Of a stretch of 64,000 nucleotides of DNA, positions 63,001 to 64,000 are shown piece after piece; the stretch's first letter is position 1, and each line of letters opens with the position of its first letter. Both the position numbers and the translations under genes were made by a program. The notes under the pieces are model-generated. The model was not told the origin of the DNA. It saw only the letters and a list, made by a program, of their open reading frames with translations, and did not search any database. The DNA is from Mobula hypostoma (taxonomy: Eukaryota): NCBI RefSeq assembly GCF_963921235.1, contig NC_086098.1:238018001-238082000 (forward strand), written 5' to 3'.

Positions 63001-63903
63001 CCAGAGTTCGACGACGTCATGCAGGGAAGCGGGGGTTACACAGGTCAGAGAGGAGTAAACATATATCAGAAGAAGTCACACAGGTCAAAGGAGGGAACAC
63101 AGGTCGTGAGGAGTGACACGGTCGCGGGATACAGGTGTGAAGGGAGGTTACACGATTTAGAGCGGGGTTACTGAGGTTAGTGGAACCAAGTTCCACAATG
63201 GACCTGAAAACGACAGAGGGAATTTTGAAAGTTTTCTATGTTGGTGGAAGAAAGACTTCCCAGAGACCCATGGTGCTTTCAACCCCATGGTGACTATGAA
63301 CTGGAAAGCAGAGGTTGGTGTAAAGGCGGAGGAACACAGAGGAGCGAGGGACATGGAGGAGTGGAGAAAAACAGAAGGGAGAGAGACCAGCATAGAACAT
63401 AAGTCACGGGATTGTGGCTCATTCTACATTGCTAGGCACAGCCCGATCCCATGGTTTTGCAAAGAGACGCATAGGTTGAAGCCGCTGCTAGAGGGTGAAA
63501 TGTCGGCTCGCTCTCTCCCCTGCAGACACTGATTGACCTGATGAGTATCTCGGCGTTCCCTGCCTTAATTCGGTGAAGGGTTTGCGGTTGGGGGTGGGGT
63601 GGGAATCGTCCGTTGGTGCCTCGGGACTGTGCGTTCAACCGAGTCCCCTTTCCTGTCCCGCCAGCTCACGTTGACCTCTAATTCTTGTCTCTGGCAGGTA
63701 CTTTCTGTGGCGGCTGCTGGTGCTGTGGCACTCCGTGGACTTCTGCAACGAGCCGTATGCCTGGCCCCTTCTCGTCTACCTGTGCGTCAGCTGCCTCTAC
63801 CCTTTCACCTCCAGCTGTGCCCACACCTTCAGCACCATGTCTGCTCACGCACGGCACGTATGTTACTTCTTCGACTATGGAGCCCTCAGCCTATACAGCC
63901 TGG
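59983..63903 (+). CDS. PAQR6: Progestin and adipoQ receptor family member 6 (membrane progestin receptor delta), first three coding exons join(59983-60033,61291-61418,63698-63903); continues beyond the window
   Basis: MLTVKLPHLLSNHQVPK|VFREDGIVSGYRNPQSSAKDCLLSTFQMTNETLNIWTHFLPTW|YFLWRLL...CAHTFSTMS...YFFDYGALSLYSLG. Exons are 51/128/206 nt with canonical splice sites. THFLPTWYFLWRLL and GALSLYSLG favour PAQR6 over PAQR5 (recalled sequences). Confidence 0.88.
60139..60228 (-). mobile_element. 90-bp Penelope terminal-repeat insertion beginning at the hammerhead core, ~10-bp TSD
   Basis: aggcaaggat at 60129-60138 and 60228-60237; CUGACGA...GAAAC GUC GACUG present. Confidence 0.7.
61291..61418 (+). 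CDS. PAQR6: PAQR6 second coding exon
   Basis: ccccag| acceptor, NETLNIWTH PAQR signature, TG|gtacgt. Confidence 0.95.
61570..62560 (+). mobile_element. CR1 3' fragments flanking a fold-back Penelope-derived element (~62040-62230)
   Basis: CR1 3' ends; inverted terminal-repeat arms. Confidence 0.7.
62700..63180. repeat. Degenerate ~20-bp tandem repeat in a PAQR6 intron
   Basis: Recurrent gaggttacacaggtcaga-like units. Confidence 0.65.
63698..63903 (+). CDS. PAQR6: PAQR6 third coding exon
   Basis: tctggcag| acceptor, SSCAHTF and DYGAL motifs, G|gtacgt. Confidence 0.95.
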
Positions 63904-63939
63904 GTACGTCCTCATATCCCATCTCCCTCTGTACTGTAT

Positions 63940-64000
63940 GACACCGTAGCGTAGAAGCTAGAGTAATGTTTTACAGCACCAGAGAACGGGGTTCAATCCC
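63940..64000 (+). mobile_element. Head of a V-SINE, truncated by the window edge
   Basis: caccgtagcgtag A-box, ggggttcaatccc B-box. Confidence 0.7.

Overview
Eukaryotic genomic DNA. The repeat content (CR1 LINEs, Penelope-like elements, HE1/V-SINE-like SINEs, Tc1 remnants) points to a cartilaginous fish, probably a ray; this is an inference. Three spliced genes can be reconstructed by hand. Gene A (+, CDS 22711-26912, 6 exons, 304 aa) and gene B (-, CDS 53909-40066, 6 exons, 301 aa) are convergent paralogs with identical exon architecture: leader / single V exon already containing a J-like motif / C1-set domain / uncharged TM / short cytoplasmic exon / tyrosine-motif terminal exon. They look like non-rearranging, antigen-receptor-like VJ-C1 membrane receptors. 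A ends in a canonical ITIM (IVYASL); B has YAQL plus a C-terminal YYPQ. No RSS flanks either V. The third gene is PAQR6 (+, first three coding exons 59983-63903, running off the window), head-to-head with gene B. The rest is mostly transposon-derived. Penelope-like terminal repeats carry minimal hammerhead ribozyme motifs, one copy with an intact core. A 176-bp fold-back insertion has a 14-bp TSD and arms that meet at the predicted ribozyme cleavage site. Gene exon coordinates were counted base by base; repeat boundaries are approximate. No database searches were run, and family names come from recalled motifs.
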